NCBI GenBank assembly: GCA_976226885.1
Contig: OZ320318.1
Location: forward strand, 68,510,001 to 68,574,000
DNA length: 64,000 nucleotides
Source of the DNA: Iphione sp. A-MEVVRFRX5
Taxonomy: Eukaryota
Reading direction: 5' to 3'
A program made the translations under genes and the position numbers. Positions 13,101 through 26,029 of the stretch are shown one piece after another (the stretch's first letter is position 1; the number at the start of each line of letters is the position of its first letter). Under the pieces are notes generated by a model that had not been told where the DNA came from, ran no database searches, and worked only from the letters and a program-made list of their open reading frames with translations.

Positions 13101-16100
13101 AGTACTGCACAGAAAACAGGAGTGTGCTGCATGACACCTGTGAAGCTGTCGATCCCTGTGGTCGGTATCATATACATTTTCACTTGTTTGGTGGTAATGC
13201 ATGCTCTGACCGCTAATCTCACCGAGGGTCGAACAGAGTCCGAGGTCGCTGAAGCCCGATAGGCGATCGTCGGACTCGCCGGAAATGAGTTGGCCGACGC
13301 TTATTACATCAGCGTCATTCTGCTGGAGGCGGGCCTGATCCGAATATGGCGAAGGCGATGTGGCAGTACTCTTTTATCTTATCTCCGCCGCAACCGTTTC
13401 CTTATATCTCTTCTACCTCCCTTCACTGCCCTTTGACTACACTGTCATTCTGGTAGCAATATAAGTATTTTACCACTTGTGCCATACCATTTATCTCCTT
13501 GCAGTACTCTACATCTTCAGTTTACCGCCGCGTTTTTGGTTTCTTATCGAATTTTTTTTCGATAAGTTCCCTCCCTGAACATTTGTTCATTTGTACCGAC
13601 TTCAACTTCTTACTCCTTGCGGTCCCGTTTTTCATTATCGCTGTGGTATTACTGTCGTACGGGGAAGCAAATGCGTTATACGATGCATCTTATTAGCCCT
13701 AGGACACCATGGAGCGAATATGACTGCGTTGTAAGTCCATATATATTACTGTAATGGACAGTTTGAACGATGCCAGCACCATCTGCCTATGGTCGAAAGT
13801 GCAGAACGCTGTTTTGCGACTTGCCCTTTACATATACATTGTAGGTGTATGTCATATATGGCGCAATATTGAATTTCCAAGCATATAAAATTGAATATAC
13901 GATGTGGATACGGCTAAAAGTTCATTATTTAATCCAGCAGCAGCTCATCCTGTGCGCAGCTGACCTAGAAGCACAGCCCTGGGTTAAGGGCACTTTTTTT
14001 GTCTCAGTACCATATAATATATTAGAAAATGAACCATCCAAAATGGTAGCCCTTGATTAAGGGCAGAATAAGTTGGTCCCTTCAGTGGTCACATTCAAGT
14101 CATTCCACTGTTATACAGTAAGTAAAGATGGCTACCAAGCAACCATAAAAGGGATAAATGTATCAATAGAAAATGACTATCCAAAGGAAGTAGAATCCAA
14201 AAGTGTCTCAAAAAAAGAGAGAAAAATAGATTGTTATGCATAATATCGTGAAAGCCAGAGCCAATTAGAGTGCGGCAATCAAAACCGTCATTTTGCTATT
14301 AGTGAAAATATACATTGTCAAATGTCAAATGTACCTTTAACTCTTACTTTGGAGCTGGCTATTGTTTGAGTGACGTTAGAACATCACAGAGGCAGCGTCT
14401 AGGGAGAAATGTCATGGGAGCAATATTTGAGAGTGTACGTGAAGAGAATATGACACAACATTGGATTTCCAAACCTCCGAAATTGAATAATTAGAACTCT
14501 CCGTTCTAGATATATGCAAACTTTTCACTACAGCATTGCTGAGGAGATATACTAATGGCTTACTGCTGCTGATACTAGATCTTCAATATAAAATAAGACT
14601 GAAATATTTAAAAAGGACCTTGATAAACGCTTCTGATGAAGTTGTATTATCTTTTATAACATAGTGAGGAAAGGTAAAATATCCTTGAAATCCTTGAAGT
14701 CGTCAGGGTGATCTATATATAATCGACGAAAGCCCTATTTTTGTGAGACTACTTGGTTTCATATACATGTATTTCACAGACGCCAAAATTTAATAATTTA
14801 CGGAAACTATACTGTATACAGGGAAATTGGAAACAAAATGGCAAGTACATACTACCTTATAGGTTAGTCATGGTTGTATGACAAGGCATGTACAATATGC
14901 CTTCTGTTTGACGCAAACAATGCTGACGGGATTAAAGGAAGGCTAGTAGATGTTACTGGTATTCTGACGTTACTGAAAGAACTAGATGCTACTGGAGCAA
15001 AAGTACTGAGAGTTTTTATAAAATTGTTTTCACATTTTTGCACACATTTCAATAATGATATATCATTTAGTGTATAGTAACAAGGATGAACTAGGAGCGA
15101 ACCAGTATATTTGTTTAAGTTAGCTCAACTTCTGGAACGTTTTGATACTTAATGCACACTTTTTATAGACTTCACCATTATCAGCACTACATCTTGAGGG
15201 ACATCATCAATATACTTTAAATATCTTTTCATTGGACAATTTCTTGAAACTGTATCTTACAGCGCATCACCATGCCAATAACTATACAAGAGCGACCTGA
15301 TATCTACTCTGCAAGTTCAGGTGTTGACACCCATTGTCAGATGGAATAAGGTCAGGTAAAATTTGAGCTCTTGGATTTAGTGTTCCTTCTCAATCTTAAG
15401 AATGTTGATGGACTTGAAGACTTTTTGCCATCAGAATAAACCTTTCAACTTTTTCTATACGCAAGACAGCTCCAAAAACATAGCTCAGCCTGCGCCAGTA
15501 ATGTTACTACTGCTCCGTCCGTTTCCGAAGCTAAAACCTGAAGTACATGTACGTACTTCTTCATCGATATCCCTCTCTTTAAATTTACTTACATAATACA
15601 TTCCCCGGCTATTCAACAAAGGCTGCTATCGTCACACATACAACGTCATATGCAGTGTTGAGGGAAGAGACATCGAAGTCTTACGAGGCCGTTGCCTCAA
15701 CAATATCAACAGACACATAGGAAACGGTAGTGATTCATTATGATCTTGGTGCGTGTAGGAAGGTGTTGAGAACGAACGAAGGAAATCGTGTTCCGTGCAG
15801 AGTCGAAAATACAAACAATGTAGGAGGTGATACTATATAGTAAGCAAATTCACTATTAATTTTGATTTTACACTAACACGATCACCACAAGGCAGCCTTG
15901 TCTGTGCAAAATTACGCCCAGTTGCATTAGCGGCCCACAGAGTCTAATGGGAAAGATCGTCCTCGTTTACCGATCGGACAGAGGCCCGAATGCAGGCGCT
16001 AATGGCATATCCGTTCTATAATTTATTTATCACCAAAGCCGTAACGTAGTTCGTATTCCTTTAATTCAAGGCTGCGCATATGTGTATGCATACACATAAT

Positions 16101-17159
16101 ATTGGTTGCAAGGAGGCTTATGTATTAAGGACAATGTTGTTCCCTGCAAGCAAAAGTGAAGCAAGTCAAAGATGGGTATTAAGCTACCAACACTTGCTTC
16201 TGAAGCAAATGGTTTTCTTATGTGTTTCATCTGCTGACGTTATACACGCATCGCATGGATAAGAAAAAACTTACTAGCCTTGCTGTCCCTATCCATAAAC
16301 GGGTTAAAATCAGAATAAAAGGAATATAGCCACAATGAGAATTTATCTCATCTTATCTTATCATACCAACAGCACAGGTTGAATTTGAGTTCGAATTCTT
16401 CATTGCGCAACAACAATGCCTCCATCTGTCATTTACCTTATAAAATACGTTTGGTTACTTGTAATCTGTATAGGGGCCGACAATAAGGTACAGACGTGCC
16501 CTTTTAAAATCAGGATCTATTATTCATGCCGAAGTTCCCTGAAGTCTGTTACAGACCTCGGAAGTATTCTAGTTCCCACGAGAAAGGTACACCGGGTCAC
16601 CGTCTTAAAATGCTTGATAAATCAGACGGATTTGATATCGCATTCGTGTTATGTCTTGTTATAGCATAACAGTCCGCCACATTTGCCAAGGTGTAGAATT
16701 TGCGTTACCATATAGCGATATGTATTTATACGTTATAGTGACTCAAATATGACCACCACCAAGGTATTAGCACTCTCCAAGTACTGCAGTGTTCGCAAAA
16801 GTGGCAGGCAAAGTTTTAAAGAAGGAAAATGACACCTGCACTACGGATTTATAACTCGCGTCCTGCTAGATAAATCATGTGTAATGGTCATCCCACCCTG
16901 TGGTGATTATAGTAAATCCCATCAGACAGGACCACCGGCATTTGCTGGGAGTAAAAGCAATTCCAGTAGGTCTCCTCAACTTATTGAGCACCAGTACACC
17001 AGCCAAAATGTCAGTTCCCAGGCGTTCGATCTGAATCTCAGGAAATGCTCTGTTCGCCTTGTCCTTTCACATGTGGGAATAAGATAGAACACTTGCTAGT
17101 CTTTGAGAGGTCGTTACATATTAAGATGGAGGGCGGTATGGCCCTCATAAGGTTAGAAC

Positions 17160-17800
17160 CAGGAAAGGTCATCGGAAGTCCAAGGCCATCTTGATGGGAA
17201 AGCCTCTGCTCCTATACTGTCTATTTAAGTGATATAACATAAATGTTCTAGTAAAGTATTTAGCTCTCAGTGCTGTATACACGCAGAAGCACTGACTGTA
17301 AAATAGTGGTAAATTACTGTTGTCACCATCTGAACAGTATAGAACTGTTATTGCTTAGCGTAAGGGATATAGTTGGGTATACTATTAAATAATGTTACTC
17401 TACTAGAAAACCATACAGGCAGGAAGAGAGCATAAGATTCTATTCATATTTGGATAAATTGTATATTTACATATTAAAATCAAAACTATTTTCTAAATTA
17501 TACTGCCTAGGAAAAGTTTTTTTACCAGATATATATTATATTTAAGATATCATACTAGTCTATCATTTTGTGGTAAATAATAGATTGTATTATAAATCTT
17601 TAGGTCTTAAAATAGAGGTGTTTCCCGTAACCCAACTGACCCTGATCTTTTCCCTTAAGGACATATCATCACAATGAATCAGGCTAAAGACCTATACCAT
17701 ATACCATTTTCTCCTAGGGCCATCGACCTTGATATGATATCAGTTTCAGGAATATTCAAACAATACAAATTGTAATGTGAGGCTTCGAAGAAACTACCTA
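17160..17800 (+). pseudogene. Very decayed LINE 3' portion (tentative)
   Basis: Traces resemble GxPQG..LGP.L..Y..D (about 17170-17240) and a CR1-like tail YHIPFSPRAIDL (about 17693-17730; cf. Y..SFFPRTI). Many stops and frameshifts. Confidence 0.3.
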
Positions 17801-20800
17801 GTTTTTCTTTAGGATTCTTGAAAGCAAAGAGATCGTTTTATAATGTTCTTGCTTGACGCATGTACACAATGTCAAGAAAGGAATCTGTGCAGATTTTTTT
17901 AAAAGAACTTACGTAATGATAACAAGTAATTTACCAACAAGTTTAAGATGGTAGCAAAAACAAGATGAAACGCGGTTATACACAGTTGATTATTTGAACG
18001 AATAAACGGAGTGTACTTCAGAAAAAAAAGAACAGATTCAGAGAAACGGCCACACAAAACAGACAGTCCGATACACAGACATTGGTAAAGGAGATGTTTG
18101 CACAGAGAGGAGAAGAGAGGGATTGGTGTCCTCCCAGAGGAGAGTGAGGATGGGGCACATGAGGGAAAATCAATACCAAGACCTGTTTCTCAGTGCCCTT
18201 GGGTCCAGATTCACCAATTCTGTTTGGTGTTTTTTTATCAGTGCCGATTTGGTAGTCCAGGTGCCGCAGGATCTCTGGGCCCACATGTCGATAGCGTCTT
18301 GCATGCAGTTAAGTATTTCTAAACTTAATTAATTCTACTGGATTGGGTACAGCTCTGAATGCAATATGCTTTTACCTTTTTCTTCTTTCTGGTCTGGCAA
18401 TATATTTGAGTATACAGCTTGGCACTGTAGGTAATGACGTTGTATCTTGTGCTCCTATCGTTATCTTGAAGATACGTAATTTGCTTATATTGATTGCTCT
18501 TGTCGACATAAATGTGTGAGATACATATCCTTTCCTATAGGTCTTTTACTCCGCAGTTTAGCCACCATTAAAAGGCAAGTAATCTTCTAAATCCATCAAG
18601 AGCATTTCTTAATGCTTCGGCCCGGTTCGATAGCAATACATTTTCCTCCTGCAGAGATCTAATGGAGAACGAGGAAAAGAAGTTACCGCGAGTTCGCCTT
18701 GTTTCGTTAATCGATTGGAAATATTCAACGCTACATCCAATTGATCTATAATTAATTTTCACGGCGTCGGTGACGTCAGTTTATAGCTACCTTTTCAAAC
18801 GAGGTCAACTTGATGACGCATTTCCTGAGAGGCAATCTAAATATAGAAAAGACGTAAGGAGCTGCAGAAATCTGGTCTGTTTGGGGGAGTCCTCTGCATG
18901 GATGAAATTCGCGATAGCGTGCCGGCCTGGGCGGATAGAAAAAGAAATCGGCGATCTAAGGCGGCCTCTGACTCTCAGGCCGCGCGCTACAAATTGAATC
19001 AGGCCGGGCCTGGACGCCTATCAAAGAGCCACCCTCTCAATCACGCCCGCCTTGAAGCAGAACGTGCGAGCCACGGCTCGGACTGCTTCCAAGCTGCATG
19101 GGATCATGTCTACCCTGTTGACCCGCCTCATTCCATTTCTAGCCCACCATGTTTCCTTTCTAACTCTCCATCTTCCCGATGCATCTTTTTCGGTGCTTCA
19201 TTTGCCTGTTTCTAGGGTTATTTGGGAAATCTATCCCTTCTATACGAAGCTTTGTCCCATCTCCTGTATGTCTTTACGCCTGCTTTTTCTGTTACATTCT
19301 CTGTAGATCGTGTGTGCACGCAAGACACAAACTGGTTGAATTTTCAACAAATTGGTTTGGTTTAGCAAAAAAAATCTCAATCCAGTCAATGTTTCGTTTG
19401 GGTCATTTGAGATTCCAACTAATGTCATGAATTATTACAACCAATAAATAATGGTTGGCAAACATCCAATGTTTTCGTTGTATTCGCCACTATCTCCCAG
19501 AATTCCCTGTTAAACTACTTCAACTTAGCTAACCTACTATTAGAGAGAGAAAATTTCTGTCCTACTGTGTAGAGATATGATTTATTTTTCAACCAATTTT
19601 ATTGGTTGATCCGAATTGCTTTTTTCAAGTAATATTTTAGTTGATTTTGTAATATCTAGTAACCAACACGATTAGTTCTTTCAATAATGACTATTGGTTC
19701 AAACTGAAATTAATGTTTTTATTTTTAAGTCAAATATTTTGGTCATACAACAAACTAATTGGCCAGAAACATCTTCATGGATGAAAATTGTTGAAATCAT
19801 CTATTGTTAACTCATCCAATTTGATTTTTTAATCTGTTTGTGCCAGAATTTTTTATTTGCTCTCTCTTGCATACTTTCAACGTCTTAATGCTTACTGTGA
19901 TGATCTTTCTAAAGAGGTGATGCACTTGGGGAAGCGCGGCTCTTTTTTAAAGTATTCATTTGCTGCAGTAACCGTGCGTCATATTATATTTTCAATGGCA
20001 TAGAATTTTAGTGGGATATGTATTTGGTAAGATACGCGGAATGCATTCAAAAAGCATGGTATGAATTGATAAAAAAAATGCCTGAAAATGTAAGGTCAGC
20101 CAAGAAGGGTTAACTACTAATGAACTCTTGAGCTGAAATCTTTTCTCTAACGATTATTAACCCACAGAACCTTAACACAGCTGGGCTTCTCTTGTTTCCT
20201 GGTCTCTTCCCCTAGAACCAACCTTACCCGCGCTTTCCTCACTTCTTGAACACACACCTCGGGTAACGCTGGATGACAGAACATCTCCGCAACGCCTTTC
20301 GGCGTATCGTTTCAAGTTACTGTTCCAGAGAAACGTCTGACAGCGGTACAAGGAACTGGTGCTATTGCTACAGGAACTTTTTCTAAATGCGGAAACTGCG
20401 TTGTTTTAGGTGAATGCTTCGGAAAGGGAAAAAGGAGCTGGTCGCTTTTTTGTCGCTGTTGTTATTAACACGCACTTTTTCAACCGATGCATTCAAAAGG
20501 TTAAAAAAAAGGGATAGCAATTTTTCTCCAGCTTCAGGCAACATCAGATGCTGCTCAAGTGATCATAAACAGATAGATCGACTGGGACCGATTAGATAGC
20601 ATGGACATATCGATCATAAAAACTGTTATGACACTGACACGTATGGGATATGCTATTTGCCAAGAGTTTCAATCATGAACTAGAACCTTATTTCTTTTGT
20701 GTTCAATTGGACCTTCTTCCCCGAGGAAACGTCACAAAGACTCTTATCTCCACTGTTTCGTTTCCATTTCTTTTATTTTAGACTTCATTCGTTCTACAGT

Positions 20801-21652
20801 CTTTGTGATCGCAGTTCCCGTAGGTAATGGGACACTTAAGGCCGGCTTAAGAGACACCTTCTCATATCCATGTGCTCTGTCCTTTTGAATCGTCATAAAT
20901 GACGATGGCACACTGCAGTGCAGTGCCAAATGATGCAACGCAGAGCTAAACAGCTTAGCAGGAAGAATCCTCCCAGAGAAAGGCTTATCTTATCAATGGT
21001 TGTGATTATGTCTGATGCGGCTAAAATAATCGGATATTTCGCAGGTGTTTCACTACCAAATACAATTTCCCGCCTGACTTCCGCAGTTTTACTCCAACAG
21101 CTGATAAGTTACCATAATTATTCCTATATTACGTCATACAGTGTGAATGGTTTCAGTAAAAGATAATGTCTCGTAGAGCATTGTATGCGATATACTGCCA
21201 CAGTTGGGATTAGTACGAGGCGCAGCCGAGTGTTGTCCCAGTTGTGGCAATATGTCAGGTACACTCACTCGTTATATATCTATCATGTTAAGTATCTATC
21301 ACGTATTCAGCTGGTAGTTGCTTTGGGCAGGTGACATACAAATGTGCCTCATGTACGTAAAGACACTTTTGTTCTGCCATATAACAAGACTAGGTAATAG
21401 ATAAAGAGGCATCAGTTGATTGGTTTGTAGAGAGAGAGAGATGGAGAACGTCACAGTTGTTGGGGAGAAGGAGGGCGGCCCTAGCTCAGCTGGCTGACAA
21501 CCGTCAAGGGCCAATCAAGATGATTGTAGAGAGAGAGGGAAAAAGAAAATCAAACCAGGGCCATCCTCTTGTTGCCCCCCCCCCCTTCAGTTAGCCAGCG
21601 GCCATCAAGGGCGAAGAAGACAGGGAATAAAATATAAGGTATTATCAGTGGA

Positions 21653-21740
21653 AGTCTCAGTGGCTTAGTCGGCCAGCTTCAAGGACCGGGTTCCAAACCC
21701 ACTGTAGAACACAGGATTTCAATGACACCGGCCAACAAAT
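21653..21740 (+). mobile_element. tRNA-derived SINE head fragment (a different family from the 33.4/40.3/44.5 kb copies)
   Basis: A-box-like TGGCTTAGTCGG (21661) and B-box-like GGGTTCCAAACCC (about 21688-21700) at tRNA-like spacing. No full cloverleaf. Confidence 0.5.
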
Positions 21741-22921
21741 CAACCAGTATGACGCGAATGTTCTTTAAACCACCCCTGCCACCTGTCTCTTTTCTGTCTC
21801 TGTCTCTTGAACTGTCTCTGTGTGGACGTTATCCTCGGTCTCTGCCAGTACGTGATCGGCAGCTTGTAGTTCTTCCTCATCCGTCAGGTGCAATCCAATA
21901 TCGATTGTAGGCTGATCTAGCTTGTCTGTCCTGTCGGTCTTGCCTGTATCTGTCCTAGATGGGCCTGTCGTCTTTAGAGTCGAGGTGTTTTGAGGACGTA
22001 GGTGTGTTCTCTGTATTGTTTCCCAAGGCTGCGCTGGGTGGCTTTGTTGTCCTGTGAATTTTAGGAGGAGAAGGTGAAGTGAAATTTGGTCAGACTCAGT
22101 TGGAGGTAAAGGAGGTTGTAAAGCATCTGAAATGTTTTGTTCAGGTTCCTGGGAGGCTCTTTTGTAGGCTTTGATTGCTGTTGATTTGTGACCAATCCTG
22201 GATGAGATAACTTCCTCATCCAGGTTAGCCTCATAGAGCTATGCACAGCAAGTGGCTTTGCCACTGTGATCCATTAAGTGTCTTCCCTCCATGTTCATGC
22301 CGGCTTCTATACACATTCTGTGAAGGTATTTTTCTAGAATGAATTGGCCTGTTGGTTGCATGCTGAAGGAAAGTTGTCCTAATGGATTTAGCATTGGCCA
22401 GTGGTAGAACCTCCCAATTTTAGGAATATGATTCAACTATTTTTTGTAAAACCCTACTATACATCTTGGGTGATCTGGCCTGCTATAATGTCTGACAAAT
22501 CTAGGTTTGGAAGTGCAGTCAATTGCCCCTGACACAGTCTTAGACAGCCATCTATGATAAGTAATGAATTCTCTGTTTGTGGTGTCCATTCCCAGAGGGA
22601 ATTGTTTTGCTCCTACATTAACATGTTAATCTTTTGTCCACAATCCAAACAATTTACAATTATGAAAGTAAACCCCATATGATAACCATGATCATTGATA
22701 ACCCCACTATTCTAGAGTTTGCGTTTATCCTCTACCATTGTGACATCGACTCGGTGAGTGTGTACCCCTAGGCCTTCTGTGATGAGCTCCTTATGCCTAG
22801 TGTCCAAGGCCTGAAGGTCTTAAAATATATATCATCCTGCTTGAATAGCCAGACTTTGCTTTTTCTGAGGACATCTCGGATGTATTGTTGGAGTCTCGCT
22901 GATATGTTGGTGAGAGAGTCG

Positions 22922-23009
22922 GTATAATACAATAATGTGCAGTTTAATTAAATTTTTTATTAACATTCATGTAGCTAAGTCTGGTCAATTTTAGGGTTTT
23001 TTCCTTAAC
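22922..23009 (-). other. Probable decayed intron in the Crypton gene (88 bp)
   Basis: Starts GTTAAG, is AT-rich, and ends TATAC (AG>AC). Its removal restores the frame SPYP-I-DSLTNI within a conserved motif. Confidence 0.6.
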
Positions 23010-23334
23010 ATGGGGTATGGTGATCCGTTTTTTTTGGTGACCTCTGTGATGAAATGGGCCAACCAATAAACTAAGAGATACAGGTCTGAATGATCTAGAA
23101 AAGGTGCTGGCCAATTCACATCCTCCTTGCTGTCTTCATGCCAGTTCCTCCACTTTCTCTATTCTCGGTAGATCTGCATTGTCCAGTTGCTTGCATGTAA
23201 GGTGTTGGTAGGGAAACACTTCTGGATTCTTGTTCTCAGTTGTTGGTTGGATCGGAAGGCCTTGAATCGTTTTCCTTGATTTGGAGCCATTGGACTCATA
23301 CCACCACTGATTGTCATGGTTTTCTGAGGTGGGC

Positions 23335-23503
23335 CTGCAAATATACAATTAAATATTAGTCAGCGATTGAGTCATTCTGAGCATTTTTTTCTACTTTGCC
23401 TCATTTTTTTCTGATATAGATAATTTGGCATTATATGGTGACCATTTTCTGGTATAGTACTTTATGACCATGTTTTTTTTGTTAAATTCCCTTGTATACT
23501 CAC
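23335..23503 (-). other. Intron in the Crypton gene (169 bp, phase 1)
   Basis: Donor T|GTGAGT and acceptor TTGCAG|GC. Splicing joins ...LTKVP-C-PPQKT... in frame. Confidence 0.7.
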
Positions 23504-23970
23504 AAGGAACTTTGGTCAAAATTGCCGCCTTCAGAAGAGCATTATCGGAGTTTCCTCCATGAGATTTGTCTAAACGACTGGTCTCTTCAGGACGATCTGC
23601 AACCATTTCTGTCTGAGAGATGGCACTCTCATCCAGATTAGGTGGAATTGGTAGAACCGATTCAGGAATCCTGGAAGTTGCCATGGTCTCTCATCTGGTC
23701 TCTTCACTCTTAAGTGTATTTTGCTATACAGCCCCTGTATTTGTAACCTGAACATCCTAGAATACAGTGGCAGACTTCAAAGTGAGCGCTACTTTAGGTG
23801 AATTATATTTTCCATGTCACCAGACCACATGTTTGAAACATCCACTTGAATGTTCAGACACTGTGACATCCCCCTCGGTGCATTGGCCAAAGAGATATTT
23901 CTATCTTGGCTCTAGGAGTAGTACTGATTCATCTTGTTTTTACTAGAAAAATACTTTTTTTAGTGGAAAA

Positions 23971-24177
23971 TACTAATTTTAAGAGACATTTCTTTCCACA
24001 AATGGTCTTCTCGGCTTTGCCTCGTTGACCCTTTCCTGAAATATTGCACTTTCATGAAAGTCGTCTCAGCTACACTAAAATACTAATTTAGTGACATTTC
24101 AATCCACAAATGGTCTCCTCAGCTTCGTCTTGTCGACTATTTCCTGAAATATTGCACCTGAAAGTCATCTCAGCTAC
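23971..24177. repeat. Tandem duplication with a period of about 110 bp
   Basis: Two copies of TACTAATTT..GACATTTC..TCCACAAATGGTCT.CTC.GCTT...TTTCCTGAAATATTGCAC...GAAAGTC.TCTCAGCTAC start at 23971 and 24081. Confidence 0.85.
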
Positions 24178-24724
24178 GCCTCACCATTCTCAACCCTCTT
24201 AACTAAATCGGCACCTTGCACATAATATATACGTTGGAGTGGGGGGTTCAAATTAGATAACATCTTCGTACTCGGCATTACGGGCCTATATAATAGACAT
24301 GTTCGCTTCTGTGAAGCTCGTCCATTATAACCCGCAACACCTTGTACTCGGACTTTATCTACTACGTAAAGCAGGCGTAAGAACCTGGGTAAAGAGAGAA
24401 TTTTATATTGGTGATAAAACAATGGACACCCACTGACGAGGAACACATTTTCTGAGAACAGCATAATATTTGGCTATACAACTGTACATGGAACCATCGA
24501 GGACTGGGGACAACCATGGGTGCCCCATGTTCTGCATGGGCTTCTATTATACGTTGTGGAAAATATGTAGGTGCAATATCATCCTGGTAAATGATGTACA
24601 GGTACATAGACTTGCACAGCAATATATCGATTAACATACGACTATGGACATGTTTGTTGCAAACAACTTTCCTACTCACAATACTCGTAATTGACGTCAT
24701 CAGCCTTTTAATCCATTTCTCTCT

Positions 24725-24820
24725 GACGGTCTCGCTTCGTTCTGATAGTCTGTCTGTCTGTCTCTCACACACACATGAACACAATCTCTCTCGACACACA
24801 GACACGCGCACAGACACACA
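24725..24820. repeat. Mixed CT/CA simple-sequence tract
   Basis: Visible TCTG, TC and CA runs. Confidence 0.7.
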
Positions 24821-26029
24821 TTGTTACGGCCACCAGCTCCAACTATTCGAGTTGATTAGAAGGAACATCAAGAGACATCCTAGCTTGAAAATCAAAAGAC
24901 TCTGGGGCGCTAATTAAACACAGTTATTGTGTCCGATTAATAACCCTACGCTCTGTGATGCCAATACCGGCGCCCACCGATCGAGCCCACTTCTACCAGA
25001 CGGTGTGCGGACGCCTGTCATCAGTGGTCGCCCAGCTCCCCGGTGCCTTTCGGGGCCAACTCAATACCGATGTCGAATTAATAGATTCATATTCTGCGAG
25101 CGGCTGGGTGCGAAGAACCAGACAAGCAGGAGGAGATAAAAAAATGTCCACTTTCGAATCAATTCCGAATCCACCTGATAGACCGGGCAAGTTGAAAAGT
25201 CTCCTTCTCTGGCATACACACCATTCTGCACGGAAGTCTCTGTAATGGATTCTAAACTAATTAAAACTGTATTTCGCGTTTCTATTCTAGGCACAAATGT
25301 GCTAACACTCCGAGCTAGGCTTACAATGCACTCGGATAGAATTCTCACCCTCCCACTTTCGATTTCACCTTACCTCCTAGAGCCACAAAAGGTTTTCTTG
25401 TTTGATTTATGAATTTAACCTAGTCTATTTCTGGCTCTGGCCACCAGCACAGTCTGTCTAAAAAGAATCAATTTACACATCTGTGTGCCAAAGCTGTTGA
25501 CCAGTAGGTCAGTGGGTAGCAATTCATCCAGCTGCGACATAAAGAACCTATCCTTCACCGACCACAGCTGTAACCCCAACCACCACCTCCTCCGCTAATC
25601 AGGGACTGGCAGTGACTCCCACCTAGTAGAGCACTGCGTGAGGGGGGTATGGTGCTGGGTAAATACCATATGGTACCAGACCAGCTTCATTAGGCCTAAC
25701 CCACAGATGACAGATGAAAACTGCAATAGCATGAGGCATTTTATAATGTCGGACTCGCCATATGAAGATCATATAGAATGCTGACGTCATCCTTATACAC
25801 CACCACCATGGCCACACTCCTCCCCCACCTACATACGCTGAGCCCATCGCCTCATGCAGCTAATGCGGCTACCCATACGATACGCCACAGGGATATTGAA
25901 GGCTTGAAGGTGGGATGGAGATCGGTATTAATAGAGAACCCTGTAAGGTAGAGAAGCTTGGTAATCATATTTACATGAGGGTATTGGGCCTTGATGCGGT
26001 GTAGAGGTACGCAGGATTCCTTACTTCTC

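Larger units (their letters stand above)
21765..23747 (-). pseudogene. Crypton-type tyrosine recombinase gene (DUF3504/ZMYM-KIAA1958-like YR domain), spliced and decayed
   Basis: Minus-strand translation gives KRFKAF...FPTNTLHASNW...YWLAHFITEVTKKNGSPYP/DSLTNISARLQQYIR...FKTFR/HKELITEGLG...KL*NSGV/VYFHNCKLFGLWTKD*H...LSKTVSGA...HPRCIVGFYKK*LNHIP..GRFYHWP...MCIEAGMNMEGRHLMDHSGKAT..*LYEANLDEEVISSRIGHKSTAIKAYKRAS. This matches Crypton YR motifs, including the HSxK/R, GH and catalytic Y positions; FGLR has become FGLW. About 7 stops and 2 frameshifts. Confidence 0.88.

Noticed and set aside
13590-13680. Hydrophobic signal-peptide-like stretches (also 20414-20500) as a candidate first exon for the Ig gene
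   Set aside because: One lacks an in-frame ATG and a donor site; the other lacks a phase-1 GT donor compatible with the Ig exon.
18018-18332. Possible LINE C-terminal remnant (KHQTELVNLDPRALR; cf. LE.VQ.RA.R)
   Set aside because: Too diverged to support by eye.
24180-24690. Decayed + frame containing GLYLLRKAGV…FY, like the LINE RLYFLRKL..GV…FY motif
   Set aside because: A single weak motif with several stops; the assignment cannot be defended.
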